Part shown: in pieces, positions 21,102 to 30,273 of the stretch | Numbering within the stretch: position 1 is the first letter of the stretch | How the letters are laid out: each line of letters starts with the position of its first letter | Assembly: GCA_014859945.1 (NCBI GenBank) | Contig: JACZKR010000377.1 | Location: forward strand, 1-63,743 | DNA: 63,743 bases | Direction: 5' to 3' | DNA from: Paracoccaceae bacterium | GTDB taxonomy: Bacteria > Pseudomonadota > Alphaproteobacteria > Rhodobacterales > Rhodobacteraceae | Position numbers and translations under genes: made by a program | Notes under the pieces: model-generated | What the model saw: the letters and a program-made list of their open reading frames with translations, nothing else | What the model was told of the DNA's origin: nothing | Database searches by the model: none

Positions 21102-21902
21102 CTATCCGACCCACCAAAGGGCCAGCAAGGCAGCGCTTCCGACGATGATTCGCCACCAACCGAACAGCCCGTAGCCATAGCGAGAGATATAGCCCAGCAC
21201 GCCTTTCACCACGATGACACCGGTGACGAAGGCAAGAAGAAAACCCACGGCGATCTGGGTATATGCTGAAAAATCCAGCAGATCGCGGCTCTTGAACAGG
21301 TCATAGCCCACCGCCGCCGCCATGGTGGGCAGCGACAGGAAAAAGCTGAACTCGGCCGCCGCCCGCTTTTCCACCCGCAGCATCAGCGCCCCGACGATCG
21401 TCGCACCCGACCGCGACACACCCGGCACCATCGCCAGGCACTGCGCCACCCCGATCAGCAGCGCCTTGCGGAAGGGCAGGGCGCTGGCGTCGAAATCTTC
21501 GGGCGGCGGCGCCAGACGGTCGATGAACAGCAGCACCACGCCGCCCAGAATCAGCATCACGGCAATCAGCGCGGGCGTCTCGAACAGCACGGTCTTGATG
21601 AAATCATGCGCCAGAACGCCCACGATCACCGCCGGAAAAAAGGCCAGCGTCACCGACACGGCAAAACGCCGGCTGGCCTCATCATGGTGCAGGGTGGAAA
21701 AGGTCTGCCACAGCTTGGCGGCATAAACCGTCATCAGCGCCAGCACCGCGCCCAGCTGAATCACCACCTCAAAGGTCTTGCCGGCACTCTGGAATCCCAG
21801 GAAATGCGACGCCAGCAACAGATGGCCGGTCGAGGATACCGGAATGAACTCGGTCAGCCCCTCAAGCAGCCCCAGAAGGGCCGAAACCCCAAGGTTTTCC
21901 AA
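21102..21902 (-). CDS. uppP: Undecaprenyl-diphosphate phosphatase
   Basis: EGLTEFIPVSSTGH, PGVSRSGATI, AAEFSFFL; TTG start. Confidence 0.95.
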   Translation of the reverse strand: MENLGVSALLGLLEGLTEFIPVSSTGHLLLASHFLGFQSAGKTFEVVIQLGAVLALMTVYAAKLWQTFSTLHHDEASRRFAVSVTLAFFPAVIVGVLAHDFIKTVLFETPALIAVMLILGGVVLLFIDRLAPPPEDFDASALPFRKALLIGVAQCLAMVPGVSRSGATIVGALMLRVEKRAAAEFSFFLSLPTMAAAVGYDLFKSRDLLDFSAYTQIAVGFLLAFVTGVIVVKGVLGYISRYGYGLFGWWRIIVGSAALLALWWVG

Positions 21903-21905
21903 GCG

Positions 21906-22892
21906 TCAGGCCTTGCGCAGGTTCTTGGCCGATTCCTTGATGGCCGCATACTGCCCCGAGGGGCGATAGCGCCACAGATACTCGGGCAGCAGCGCATCCA
22001 TGTCCGTCGCGGTGATCCCCAGATCGGCCAGCGTCATGGCGCCTTCCGACACCACGCTGTCTTTGCGCAGCGAGGTCACCTGATCGCGCGTCAGGATGCG
22101 GTTGGTCACCAGACCCAGCGTCAGCGCCGATCCGGCATCGGCCAGCCCGCCGATGATGCTGCCCGCGAAGAACGGCAGGTTCAGCACCAGACGGCGGCGG
22201 CGGATCACCGCCAGCATCTTGGCGACATGGCCCTTCAGCGTATCAACATCCGGCCCGCCCAGTTCATAGATGCCGGGCGCCGCAGCCCCGGTCAGCCCCT
22301 TCACCGCCGCCTGCGCCACGTCATCGACATAGACCGGCTGGAAGCGCGTGTTGCCCCCCACCAGCGGCAGAACCGGCCCCAGCCGCGCCATACCGGCAAA
22401 GCGGTTGAAGAACCCGTCTTCGGGCCCGAAGATCACCGAAGGCCGCAGGATCACGGCATTGGGGAAGGCTGCCAGAACCGCCTTCTCGCCCTCGCCCTTC
22501 GAAGCGGCATAAAGGCTGGCGCCTTCCGGGTCGGCCCCGATGGCCGAGATATGAACCAGCGCCCCCACAGCCTCTTCGGCGGCGATCCGGGCAATGCGGC
22601 CCGCGCCTTCGGCCTGCACGGCGGCGAAGCTGTTGCGCCCGCCCCGGTCAAAGGTGCCGACGCAGTTCACCACCGCATCCGCCCCCTGCATCACGGCGCG
22701 CACGCTGGCGTCGTCACGGATGTTGCAGAACACCGGCTCGACCTGGCCGACCACGCCGTAGGGCTTGACGAACAGCGCCTCATTCGGGCGGCGGCAGGCC
22801 ACCCGGACGCGCCAGCCCTCTTTGGCCATGCGCCGCGCGATGTAGCGCCCGACAAAGCCCGAACCGCCGTAGATCGTGACAAGCTTGCTCAT
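21906..22892 (-). CDS. Complex I NDUFA9-like NAD(P)-dependent SDR protein
   Basis: [42 protein letters not shown]; start at MSKLVT. Confidence 0.9.
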   Translation of the reverse strand: MSKLVTIYGGSGFVGRYIARRMAKEGWRVRVACRRPNEALFVKPYGVVGQVEPVFCNIRDDASVRAVMQGADAVVNCVGTFDRGGRNSFAAVQAEGAGRIARIAAEEAVGALVHISAIGADPEGASLYAASKGEGEKAVLAAFPNAVILRPSVIFGPEDGFFNRFAGMARLGPVLPLVGGNTRFQPVYVDDVAQAAVKGLTGAAAPGIYELGGPDVDTLKGHVAKMLAVIRRRRLVLNLPFFAGSIIGGLADAGSALTLGLVTNRILTRDQVTSLRKDSVVSEGAMTLADLGITATDMDALLPEYLWRYRPSGQYAAIKESAKNLRKA

Positions 22893-23004
22893 GGGAAATC
22901 CCTCTGGCGCCTTCCTGAACCCGTTCCTGAATAGCTTCGCCACGCCGCCCGGACAAGGCCAAACGCCGCGCTGCGGCTTGCGACGAAAAAACGCGCGAAC
23001 CCCG

Positions 23005-23033
23005 TTGACACCCCAATCGGGGGCGGCTACATC
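23005..23033 (+). promoter_or_regulatory. Sigma70-like promoter of tRNA-Leu
   Basis: TTGACA-17 nt-TACATC, 15 nt upstream of the tRNA. Confidence 0.6.
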
Positions 23034-23048
23034 GCGCCCCACGACATC

Positions 23049-23133
23049 GCCCAGATGGCGGAATTGGTAGACGCGCTGGTTTCAGGTACCAGTGCCGCAA
23101 GGCGTGGAGGTTCGAGTCCTCTTCTGGGCACCA
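23049..23133 (+). tRNA. tRNA-Leu(CAG)
   Basis: Acceptor stem GCCCAGA/TCTGGGC plus ACCA; anticodon arm CTGGT-TTCAGGT-ACCAG; long variable arm; GGTTCGAGTCC. Confidence 0.97.
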
Positions 23134-23140
23134 CTACCAC

Positions 23141-23178
23141 AGAAAAGCCGCGTAGCCTTTGGGTTGCGCGGCTTTTCT
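23141..23178 (+). terminator. Intrinsic terminator after tRNA-Leu
   Basis: AGAAAAGCCGCGTAGCC-TTTG-GGTTGCGCGGCTTTTCT hairpin with T tail. Confidence 0.8.
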
Positions 23179-23402
23179 GCTTTTCCGGCCGGGTTTGCCG
23201 CAAAGCGGCCGCCTGAACCCAAATCCGCGCCGCACCGGCGACTCGGCCCTTGCGCGGCGCACTGTGACCGGCTAAACGCCAGCGCACGCTTGCTCGTCCC
23301 CGCCGATGCCCCGAAACGGTCGCAGAAAGCGGGAAACGGCCTGACAATCGGGGCGGAACACCCAGCAGGTTCCGGTTGGATTTCAGGACGTCAGAGCAAG
23401 GC

Positions 23403-23439
23403 GCCGTGTCGCTCAGCTGGTAGGGCACGTCATTCGCAA
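23403..23439 (+). pseudogene. Degenerate copy of the tRNA-Thr 5' half
   Basis: GCCGTGTCGCTCAGCTGGTAGGGCACGTCATTCGCAA versus GCCGGTGTAGCTCAGCTGGTAGAGCACGTCATTCGTAA at 23537 (1 deletion, 3 substitutions). Confidence 0.8.
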
Positions 23440-23536
23440 GCAGCAGGTCCGCTGCGGAATGATGTGTAAAGCCAAAGGGTTACAGTGGCGGTTGTAGAAC
23501 GAGTAGGGCCATAGTAGGGCCTGCAACTGGAAGCGT

Positions 23537-23576
23537 GCCGGTGTAGCTCAGCTGGTAGAGCACGTCATTCGTAATG
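23537..23576 (+). pseudogene. 5' half of host tRNA-Thr(CGT), interrupted (attL)
   Basis: Acceptor 5' strand GCCGGTG, D arm and anticodon loop TTCGTAA, then non-tRNA sequence; matching 3' half at 38722-38769. Confidence 0.92.
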
Positions 23577-23683
23577 CGAAATACCCACCAACATACGGTG
23601 GGGTTACACCAACAAATGCCAACAAAATCAGGTGCTTGACCAATTATCGGTTGGGTTAGGCTTGTGTTGGAACGTATCATGAA

Positions 23684-23711
23684 CCTTGCAAATAATCACC
23701 AGTTGCAAGGA
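23684..23711. repeat. Putative integrase arm-type sites, left end
   Basis: CCTTGCAA (23684-23691) and CCAGTTGCAAGGA (23699-23711); the latter is the exact reverse complement of 38654-38666. Confidence 0.65.
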
Positions 23712-23719
23712 CTTACGAG

Positions 23720-24952
23720 ATGCCTCAGATCCGCTTGACAGACACCGCCGTCGCCAAGCTGAAGGCCGATGCGATGACCTGGTACTCGGACCCGAGCGCC
23801 AAGGGGTTGCAGTTGTCGGTCACGCCGGGCGGGACGAAGACCTGGTACGTCGTCAAGTGGGACTCCGCGACCCAGAAGACCCGGCGCGTCAAACTCGGCC
23901 AGTGGGCACCGCGCGGGATGCACTGTGCCTGGGCCAAGGATCAGGTCGGCAAGGTCATGCTCGACGTGAAGGAGGGCAAGGTCGCGACGAAGGCGGAGAA
24001 AGCCGTCGAGCGCGCAGGGGTCCCGACATTGCGCGAGGCCTTCGACAAGGAGATGGGCTATCGCCGCGCGCGGCCCGCATCGCTCGGCGGCGCGATCCAT
24101 GCGCGGACAGATGACAGCTACACCCGCGCCTTCGACAAGTATCTGGCGACCTGGGCTGACGACAAGATGGACGAGATCGACACGGCGGCGGTCCAGCGCG
24201 CGCTCGACGATCTGGTGAACGAGAAGCCCTTCGCCGCCCACAAGGTCAACGTGGTCCTCGGGATCACCTTCAAGCGGGCAGAGCGGATGCTGAACAAGCG
24301 CCTGCCGGGCCTGCCGCCCAAGCTCGAGAAGAACCCGAAGATGCAGAAGCGTGACCTCGACACGTCGGTTGACTGGGCTGACCGCTGGGCCGAGATCGAA
24401 AAGGTCGAGAACGAGCACAAGCGACTCCTGTGGCAGGTGCGCTGGTTCACGGGGATGCGGGGCGAGATGCTGCGCGGGCTGACCTGGGACGACGTTGATC
24501 TTACCAAAGGCACGATGATGGTCAGCACGGGCCTCAAGCAGGCGAAGGGTGACGGCAAGCGCCTGATCGCCATGGGGGACCAGGTGAAGCAGTGGTTCGA
24601 GCGGCTGGCGGAAATCAGGATCGACGATTGCCCCTGGGTGTTCCCGTCGCGCCGGATCGTCGGTGAAGCGCGCGGCCCGCTCGATGCCCTGGACCGGCTC
24701 CCGCTGACCTGCGAGGGCGACCTGCGGCACCTTTGGAACGAGGCGACCCATGAGGTCGAGACGCGCGAGATGGTCCTGCATTGGCTCTGCGGGCAGGCAC
24801 TTGCGAAAGGTGAACAGAAGAACCTCGGGCTCTATGGCGTCGTCCCGGTCGAGCGGCAGCGCAAGGTCGCGAACGAGATCGCCAAGGTCATCAACAAGCG
24901 GATCGGGATGACACCCGCCAATGTTGTTGAACTCGCGAAGGCGACTGCTTAA
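23720..24952 (+). CDS. Tyrosine recombinase/integrase with N-terminal arm-binding domain
   Basis: N-terminus KGLQLSVTPGGTKTW...RRVKLG (Arm/DUF4102-like); FTGMR..LTWDDVDL box I, WVFPS, DLRH box II, C-terminal Tyr; adjacent to attL. Confidence 0.9.
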   Translation: MPQIRLTDTAVAKLKADAMTWYSDPSAKGLQLSVTPGGTKTWYVVKWDSATQKTRRVKLGQWAPRGMHCAWAKDQVGKVMLDVKEGKVATKAEKAVERAGVPTLREAFDKEMGYRRARPASLGGAIHARTDDSYTRAFDKYLATWADDKMDEIDTAAVQRALDDLVNEKPFAAHKVNVVLGITFKRAERMLNKRLPGLPPKLEKNPKMQKRDLDTSVDWADRWAEIEKVENEHKRLLWQVRWFTGMRGEMLRGLTWDDVDLTKGTMMVSTGLKQAKGDGKRLIAMGDQVKQWFERLAEIRIDDCPWVFPSRRIVGEARGPLDALDRLPLTCEGDLRHLWNEATHEVETREMVLHWLCGQALAKGEQKNLGLYGVVPVERQRKVANEIAKVINKRIGMTPANVVELAKATA

Positions 24953-25093
24953 ATGTGGTTACATGCCTCGGTGCCCTGGCAGACCTGACTGGGCATCGCA
25001 GGCCGGGTGCGCAAACGACGACTGGGACTCGTCCCGACCGATCAAGAGCAGGCAGCAACCCCGGTCATAGGCCTCATCCCAGAGGAGACACCT

Positions 25094-25330
25094 ATGACTA
25101 CCATTGCCGAATTGGCAGAAGAAATCCGCGGCCTGCGCGCCGACCTTTTCCGCGCAAACCCTCCCGTCGCCATGACCCCCGTCGAGGCCGCGCAGTTCCT
25201 GGGCGTCACGACCGAGACCTTGTTCCGGTGGCGCAAGGACAAGATCGGGCCGCGCTACAGCCAGCCGACGCCGAAGTTCCTCCGCTACCTGCATGAGGAC
25301 CTGGTCGAATGGATGCGGGAGAACCGCTGA
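25094..25330 (+). CDS. AlpA/excisionase-like HTH DNA-binding protein
   Basis: MTPVEAAQFLGVTTETLFRWR..GPRY..RYLHEDLVEW; GAGGAG RBS. Confidence 0.85.
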   Translation: MTTIAELAEEIRGLRADLFRANPPVAMTPVEAAQFLGVTTETLFRWRKDKIGPRYSQPTPKFLRYLHEDLVEWMRENR

Positions 25331-26577
25331 TGGCACAGAAAGCAGGAGTGCCGTTCAAGCACGCATCCGAGTTGAAGCTCTTCACCCTGGGCCAGAACCG
25401 GCGTGTTGAGGCATGGATCGCTCAGAACTGGGACCGCGCAGGACTGACGGGGCCGCTGGACAAGAGCTACATCTCGAAAGCGCTGTCCGGCCTCCCCGTC
25501 CTCGAACCCGTGGTGAAGGCCCTGGACATGCTGTTTGCGGAAATCTGCGCGGACCCATGGGCCTGGTGCGCGCCGCCTGATCAGGTCGAGGACATGCCCG
25601 AGTATGCGCCGCTGTCCTGGTGGTACGTCACCTTGTCGCCTCCCATCCCCTGGACGGCGTTCTCGACTATGACGACCCGGCCCCTGAAAGAAGCCTACCG
25701 CGAAGTGACGCAGACGCGCCTCAGCGACTGGCGGTCCCGGCTGATGCGGGCCTGCGATCAGTACAGGGCCGACCACGCGCTCGTGCAGGCGCTCCGCGCG
25801 GACGTGAACCCGGAATACCAGCACTGGGTCCAGGAGGAAACAGGGTGGCGGATGGTGCGGACGGGTGGTCAGCAGTACCGCGTCGGCAATCCAGGGCTGC
25901 GCGGTCGGTCGGCTGACGAGATCGGCCTGGCCTACGCCCTTGCCGACACGTCATTACCCCTGCCCCTGATCGCCGAGGCACGCCTCGCCTACCAGATGCC
26001 GGAAGCATGGCCGGTCGATGATCACGTCTCAGAGCCCGTCGAACCCTGGAACGGGCAGGAGTTCGAGGGTGTCGAGTGGGTCGAATGGAAGGGCCTTGGC
26101 GGCGCTGATCTGAATCTCGGCCTGTGCGAGGTCGAGCACAAGGTCCTCTACTGCTGGGATGGCGAGCGCTACGTCGTCGCGGACCTGCCCGATTGGAAGG
26201 GCCGGGCTGTTCGGCTGCGCCAGAGGACGGGTGACGGCCACTACTGGCTGCCGTGGCGCGCGACGACGTTCCGCGAGCGGGACTTGATCAGGTTTGAGGT
26301 CGCCCGCGAGCACGATACCGAGGAAGAGCTGCTTTCGGTTCGGGATCAGATGATCGCTGAAATCTGGGAAGGGCAGAAAGAGTCCTGGGCCGAGAATTCG
26401 CCCTACTCGCCCTTCAACCAGAAGCACTACCCGGATGGTATTCCCGAGGCCGTGGCGATTGCCCAGTTCGAGGTCAACCTGGAACGCGCGAGGACGAATC
26501 CGAGGGTGCGCGGCGAGCAATCTGAGATCGCTCGCCGCAAGGTGGGGCTCAGGCAAAAGCTGCGGCGGAGGCCCTGA
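25330..26577 (+). CDS. Hypothetical protein (~415 aa, Trp-rich, possible N-terminal HTH)
   Basis: TGATG coupling to the upstream gene; long ORF with coding-like bias; no family recognised. Confidence 0.75.
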   Translation: MAQKAGVPFKHASELKLFTLGQNRRVEAWIAQNWDRAGLTGPLDKSYISKALSGLPVLEPVVKALDMLFAEICADPWAWCAPPDQVEDMPEYAPLSWWYVTLSPPIPWTAFSTMTTRPLKEAYREVTQTRLSDWRSRLMRACDQYRADHALVQALRADVNPEYQHWVQEETGWRMVRTGGQQYRVGNPGLRGRSADEIGLAYALADTSLPLPLIAEARLAYQMPEAWPVDDHVSEPVEPWNGQEFEGVEWVEWKGLGGADLNLGLCEVEHKVLYCWDGERYVVADLPDWKGRAVRLRQRTGDGHYWLPWRATTFRERDLIRFEVAREHDTEEELLSVRDQMIAEIWEGQKESWAENSPYSPFNQKHYPDGIPEAVAIAQFEVNLERARTNPRVRGEQSEIARRKVGLRQKLRRRP

Positions 26578-26833
26578 ACGAGACAGGGCGCGCGCTGGTC
26601 ACGGTGCGCGCCTTGCGCTTCTGCGGGAACAAGGTGTCCCGCACGAGGACGCGCGTCTCCTGGTCGATGCCAGGGCGCGGCTGGAACCACTTCCACAGGG
26701 TCAGCGGGTCCTTGTCGTGACCTTCGCGGCGAACCTCCTTGAGGATGGACGCGACGAGTTCAGCGCGCCCGATGGCTTCGAGTTCGGCTTTGCTGATCTC
26801 GGCGCCGGTGCCGATGCAGGAATGGCGGGTCAT
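26549..26833 (-). CDS. Hypothetical protein (94 aa)
   Basis: MTRHSCIG... start preceded by a GGAGA RBS; convergent with and overlapping the end of the previous gene. Confidence 0.6.
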   Translation of the reverse strand: MTRHSCIGTGAEISKAELEAIGRAELVASILKEVRREGHDKDPLTLWKWFQPRPGIDQETRVLVRDTLFPQKRKARTVTSARPVSFRASAAAFA

Positions 26834-26929
26834 GTCGTGGGTCTCCGTTGGATCGCGTATCGCGATCATACGGGCCAGGGGCGGGCTGCTGCGACCAGGG
26901 TGGGAGGTGGTAGTGGTGGTTGTTCTAGG

Positions 26930-27440
26930 ACCAAGGATGCGGTGATGCGGGCTCACGCGCGCGCAATACACACGCGCGAAGCGGGCATGTGTCATGCAAC
27001 GACGACGAGGTCATGGTGAAAAAAGGTTGTCGTCAATGCTTGGTGGTCGGTCGGTAGACTAGGGTGCATCGTCCGCATCGTCCGCATCATTCGAGTGGTA
27101 TCAATGGGTTAGCTGATGCGGGCTATGGGCTGTGGGGTGCATCAGGGTGCATCGGTGGGTATGTCCAGGACGGCGGGCTGAATGATCAAGGCATTTGAAA
27201 TCAATGGGTTGCGCGCGTGTGCGCGTGTAAGATCAGGGGTCCTGGGCACGTCGGCGCGGTGTGCATCTGTGCGCATATGTGGCAACACTCCCGGCAGCGA
27301 TCCGATGTCTGCGCATTTATGCACAGTCATCTTGCCTCTGCATCATCACGAATGACACGGGCAAGGCAGCAATCCACTTGCCGATCAATCGGTTAGGCGT
27401 CGAGGGTCCTTGCAACTGGGGTGGCATTGCAAGGATCGAC
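26930..27440. repeat. Repeat-rich non-coding control region (GCATC iteron-like repeats, IHF-consensus sites)
   Basis: GCATC tandem at 27062-27088, inverted copy at 27114, GGGTGCATC at 27135 and 27145; ATCAATGGGTT at 27100 and 27200. Confidence 0.6.
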
Positions 27441-27790
27441 CGTCGCGCGCGGGATCGACCCCTTTCTCTGGAGCGCACCACCCCGGCCCGGGCAAAGATA
27501 GAAGATTCAACTTCGCCAAATAGCCCACCGCCACCCTTGCATCGCGAAACCCCATCAGAGCCCCGCAGAGCTCGTCGTCTCTGCCCCTTCCCCACGTTTC
27601 CCCCACCACGATGGGGAAAACCCCGACAGCGCCTTCTCTGACGCGCTGCTGCGCCCTGGGCACACCGCCCAAGACAGCGACACCACGGCAGCAGCCACAC
27701 CCCCGCAGCAGCCGCTACCCGAAACTCCGGTCGAGCGAGCATCCTGTTCCCGATATGTTCGACGGGACCGCACCCTCATTGGAGCCTCCC

Positions 27791-28054
27791 ATGACTGTCA
27801 GCATCGTCGCCACTGGTGACACCTCCTGCAACCTGATCGAGACGACCGTCTCGTCCAGCGCCGTGTTCCCGATCCCCTTGGGCAAGCCCGCCCTGGTCGC
27901 CGCCCTGCGCCAACTCCTGTCCGACCCCGAGTGCAACCTCGTCGAATCCGGCGCGGTGCGCATCGACCGCTACCGGGACGGTCCCCGCGTTCACGTCGGC
28001 TCAGGCAATTTCCTGGTCCGCTACAAGGATGCCTGCCCCCTCGTCCTGGAGTAA
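27791..28054 (+). CDS. Hypothetical protein (87 aa), first gene of the packaging operon
   Basis: GGAG RBS, ATG at 27791, ends 6 nt before the portal gene. Confidence 0.7.
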   Translation: MTVSIVATGDTSCNLIETTVSSSAVFPIPLGKPALVAALRQLLSDPECNLVESGAVRIDRYRDGPRVHVGSGNFLVRYKDACPLVLE

Positions 28055-28060
28055 TCCCGC

Positions 28061-29461
28061 ATGGCCCGGATTCAGCACCCCACCTATTCTGAATGGTCGT
28101 TCGCATATCAGAAGATTCGCGACGTCCTGCGCGGGCAAGACCAGGTCCAAGCCCAAGGTGAGCTCTACCTGCCCCGTCCCGAAGGCATGTCGGCATCTGC
28201 CTACCAGGCCTACGTCCGGCGCGCGTCCTTCTACGGTGTCGCAGAACGCACCTTGTCCGGCCTGGCTGGCGCGATCACGCGGACGCCTCCCATCCTGACC
28301 CTGCCCTCGCGCATCGACAGCATGCGCGAGACGGCCACCTTCGAGGGCAACTCCTTCGGCGTCCTGCTCGAGGAAGTCGTTCAGGAGGTCCTGTCTGTCG
28401 GGCGGATTTGCCTCGCCCTCGACTACCCGGCCACGGGCGCAACCCCTGGTTCGGCCCCCTACATCTCGACCTTCAAGGCCGAGGGCATCCTGGACTGGCG
28501 CACGGAACTGGTGAACGGCCGGAAGACCCTGACCATGATCCGGCTGCAAGAGGACAATGAGGACCTGCGCGACGGGGCGGAACAGCACCTCGTGATGACC
28601 TTGGAGCCCGCGCTGACCGTGCGGCGGTACCACGTTACGACGCAGCGCAACGGCCCCGGCCTGAACGCGACAACGGAGGTCCAGGTCGGTGACGACGTGG
28701 TCCCGGTGGTGAACGGCAGCCCCCTGTTCGAGATCCCCGTGGTGGTCATCTCGCCCTTCAACCTCAAGGTGGACGTCGAGAAGCCCCCGATGCTCGACCT
28801 CGTGAACGTCAACCTGGCGCACTACCGCAACAGCGCCGATTATGAACACTCCCTGTTCCTCACCAGCCAGCCGACCCCTTGGGTCGCGGGGGCGATCAAC
28901 GAGAAGAACAAGCCCACGACCATCGGGAGCGGTGCCTTTTGGCTGCTGCCAGAGGGCTCGACCTGCGGCGTCCTGGAAATCTCGGGCGCAGGGATCGGCT
29001 CGATCAAAGACGCGATGGCGGACAAGGTGTCCCAGATGGCATCCTTGGGTGCGAGGATGGTTTACCTTGGGAAAGGTCGCAACGAAACGACGGACACGGC
29101 GAAGCTGCGCACCCGTGACGAGTTGAGCCTCCTGGCATCGACCGTGAACATGGTCGAGGCGGGTCTCCTGAAATTGCTGCGCCTGGCCGCTGAATGGACC
29201 CAGCCTGGTTCGTCCGATCAGGTCGTCCTCAAGATGCACCGCGACTTCGTGTCGAGCCAAATGGACGCGACCCTGCTGACCGCCCTGATCAAGGCATGGC
29301 AGTCGGGCGCGCTCAGCCACGACTCCCTGCTGATGAACCTCAAGCGCGGCGAGTTGATCGACCCGAACCGCTCCCTCGAGGAAGAGCAAACGCTGATCGA
29401 GGAAGAGTCCCCCGGCCTGACCAACATCGTCCCCATCCTGGGCAACGGCGGCCTGAACTGA
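28061..29461 (+). CDS. Phage portal protein (DUF4055-type)
   Basis: 466 aa; YLPRP, YQAYVRRASFY..TLSGLAG, KPPMLDLVNVNLAHYRNSADYEHSL motifs; clustered with terminase genes. Confidence 0.85.
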   Translation: MARIQHPTYSEWSFAYQKIRDVLRGQDQVQAQGELYLPRPEGMSASAYQAYVRRASFYGVAERTLSGLAGAITRTPPILTLPSRIDSMRETATFEGNSFGVLLEEVVQEVLSVGRICLALDYPATGATPGSAPYISTFKAEGILDWRTELVNGRKTLTMIRLQEDNEDLRDGAEQHLVMTLEPALTVRRYHVTTQRNGPGLNATTEVQVGDDVVPVVNGSPLFEIPVVVISPFNLKVDVEKPPMLDLVNVNLAHYRNSADYEHSLFLTSQPTPWVAGAINEKNKPTTIGSGAFWLLPEGSTCGVLEISGAGIGSIKDAMADKVSQMASLGARMVYLGKGRNETTDTAKLRTRDELSLLASTVNMVEAGLLKLLRLAAEWTQPGSSDQVVLKMHRDFVSSQMDATLLTALIKAWQSGALSHDSLLMNLKRGELIDPNRSLEEEQTLIEEESPGLTNIVPILGNGGLN

Positions 29462-29464
29462 TCC

Positions 29465-30214
29465 ATGGCGAAGCACTTCTCCCCGACCCAGGACCGCGAG
29501 AGCGGTCCTTCAGCGGAACTCCGCCTCGTTCGCGCAATCCTCGCGCAGGCCATCGAAGACCTGTTCGGCTCTTGCATCGACTTGGGCCGCACCAACAAGG
29601 ACCACATGCGCGAGCAGGCCCTGACGTTCCTGACTGCCGACGGCGGCCAACACGCAAAGCACCGGAACGACCTTTGCGAACTGGCCGGGTTCGACGGTGA
29701 CGTGCTGCGGTCTCGGATCATCGCCACGTTGGAGGGGCAGCTCTCCGCTGACTTCATCCTGGAAGGCAAAGGTCGTCGGGACCTCAAGGGCATCGCAGAG
29801 GCGCGTGCCATGTGGGCCTCGAAGCAGGCCTCTGCCGCTCAAGCAGAAGCCACCTGGCTCGCGCGTCGGACGGCAGATGCAGAGAAGCGCAAGGCAGAAG
29901 CCGACCACCGCGATCACGTCGCGCGGCAGACAGCAGCGGCCTCCGCTGAACTCGAGGCGCGGCTTGCCAAGGCCATCGCACAGGACCCGAAGGTCCAGCA
30001 AGCGACGGCCCTCGTTCGCGCGCTCGCCAACGGCCCTCTGACCGTGCGAGAACTCGGGATCGTCTCCGCCATGGACACCGAAGCCATCAGGTGGCGGATG
30101 ACGCGCGTGGAAGAAGCAGGCCTCGTCCAGAAGGTCGGAAGGACCTGGATGCTTGCTGCACCTAAAACAGCGGGAGCGCTACCTGATCCTGTGGTTGAGC
30201 AGCCCGCGGCCTAG
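29465..30214 (+). CDS. Hypothetical protein with coiled-coil and C-terminal winged HTH
   Basis: Ala-rich helical middle; GPLTVRELG...AIRWRMTRVEEAGLVQKVGRTW resembles a wHTH. Confidence 0.7.
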   Translation: MAKHFSPTQDRESGPSAELRLVRAILAQAIEDLFGSCIDLGRTNKDHMREQALTFLTADGGQHAKHRNDLCELAGFDGDVLRSRIIATLEGQLSADFILEGKGRRDLKGIAEARAMWASKQASAAQAEATWLARRTADAEKRKAEADHRDHVARQTAAASAELEARLAKAIAQDPKVQQATALVRALANGPLTVRELGIVSAMDTEAIRWRMTRVEEAGLVQKVGRTWMLAAPKTAGALPDPVVEQPAA

Positions 30215-30273
30215 TCGCCAATATCGGGTCACGGCAAGAGCTAGGCTCGCGCAGTTTTCCTCCTCAGTGTGAT

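Noticed and set aside
23027-23469. ORFs overlapping tRNA-Leu and its terminator (23027-23428, 23092-23469)
   Set aside because: Spurious translations of tRNA and intergenic sequence.
25330-26577. The 415-aa ORF as the missing major capsid protein
   Set aside because: It sits in the early alpA-coupled position, is Trp-rich and shows no HK97-like pattern by eye; only structure prediction can fully exclude it.
26930-27160. CRISPR array
   Set aside because: Repeats are only 5-9 bp, irregularly spaced and in both orientations; no cas genes.
26834-27790. Short ORFs in the central control region (e.g. 27142-27330, 27261-27641, 27317-27742)
   Set aside because: Low-complexity translations of repeats, with no RBS or coding-like bias.
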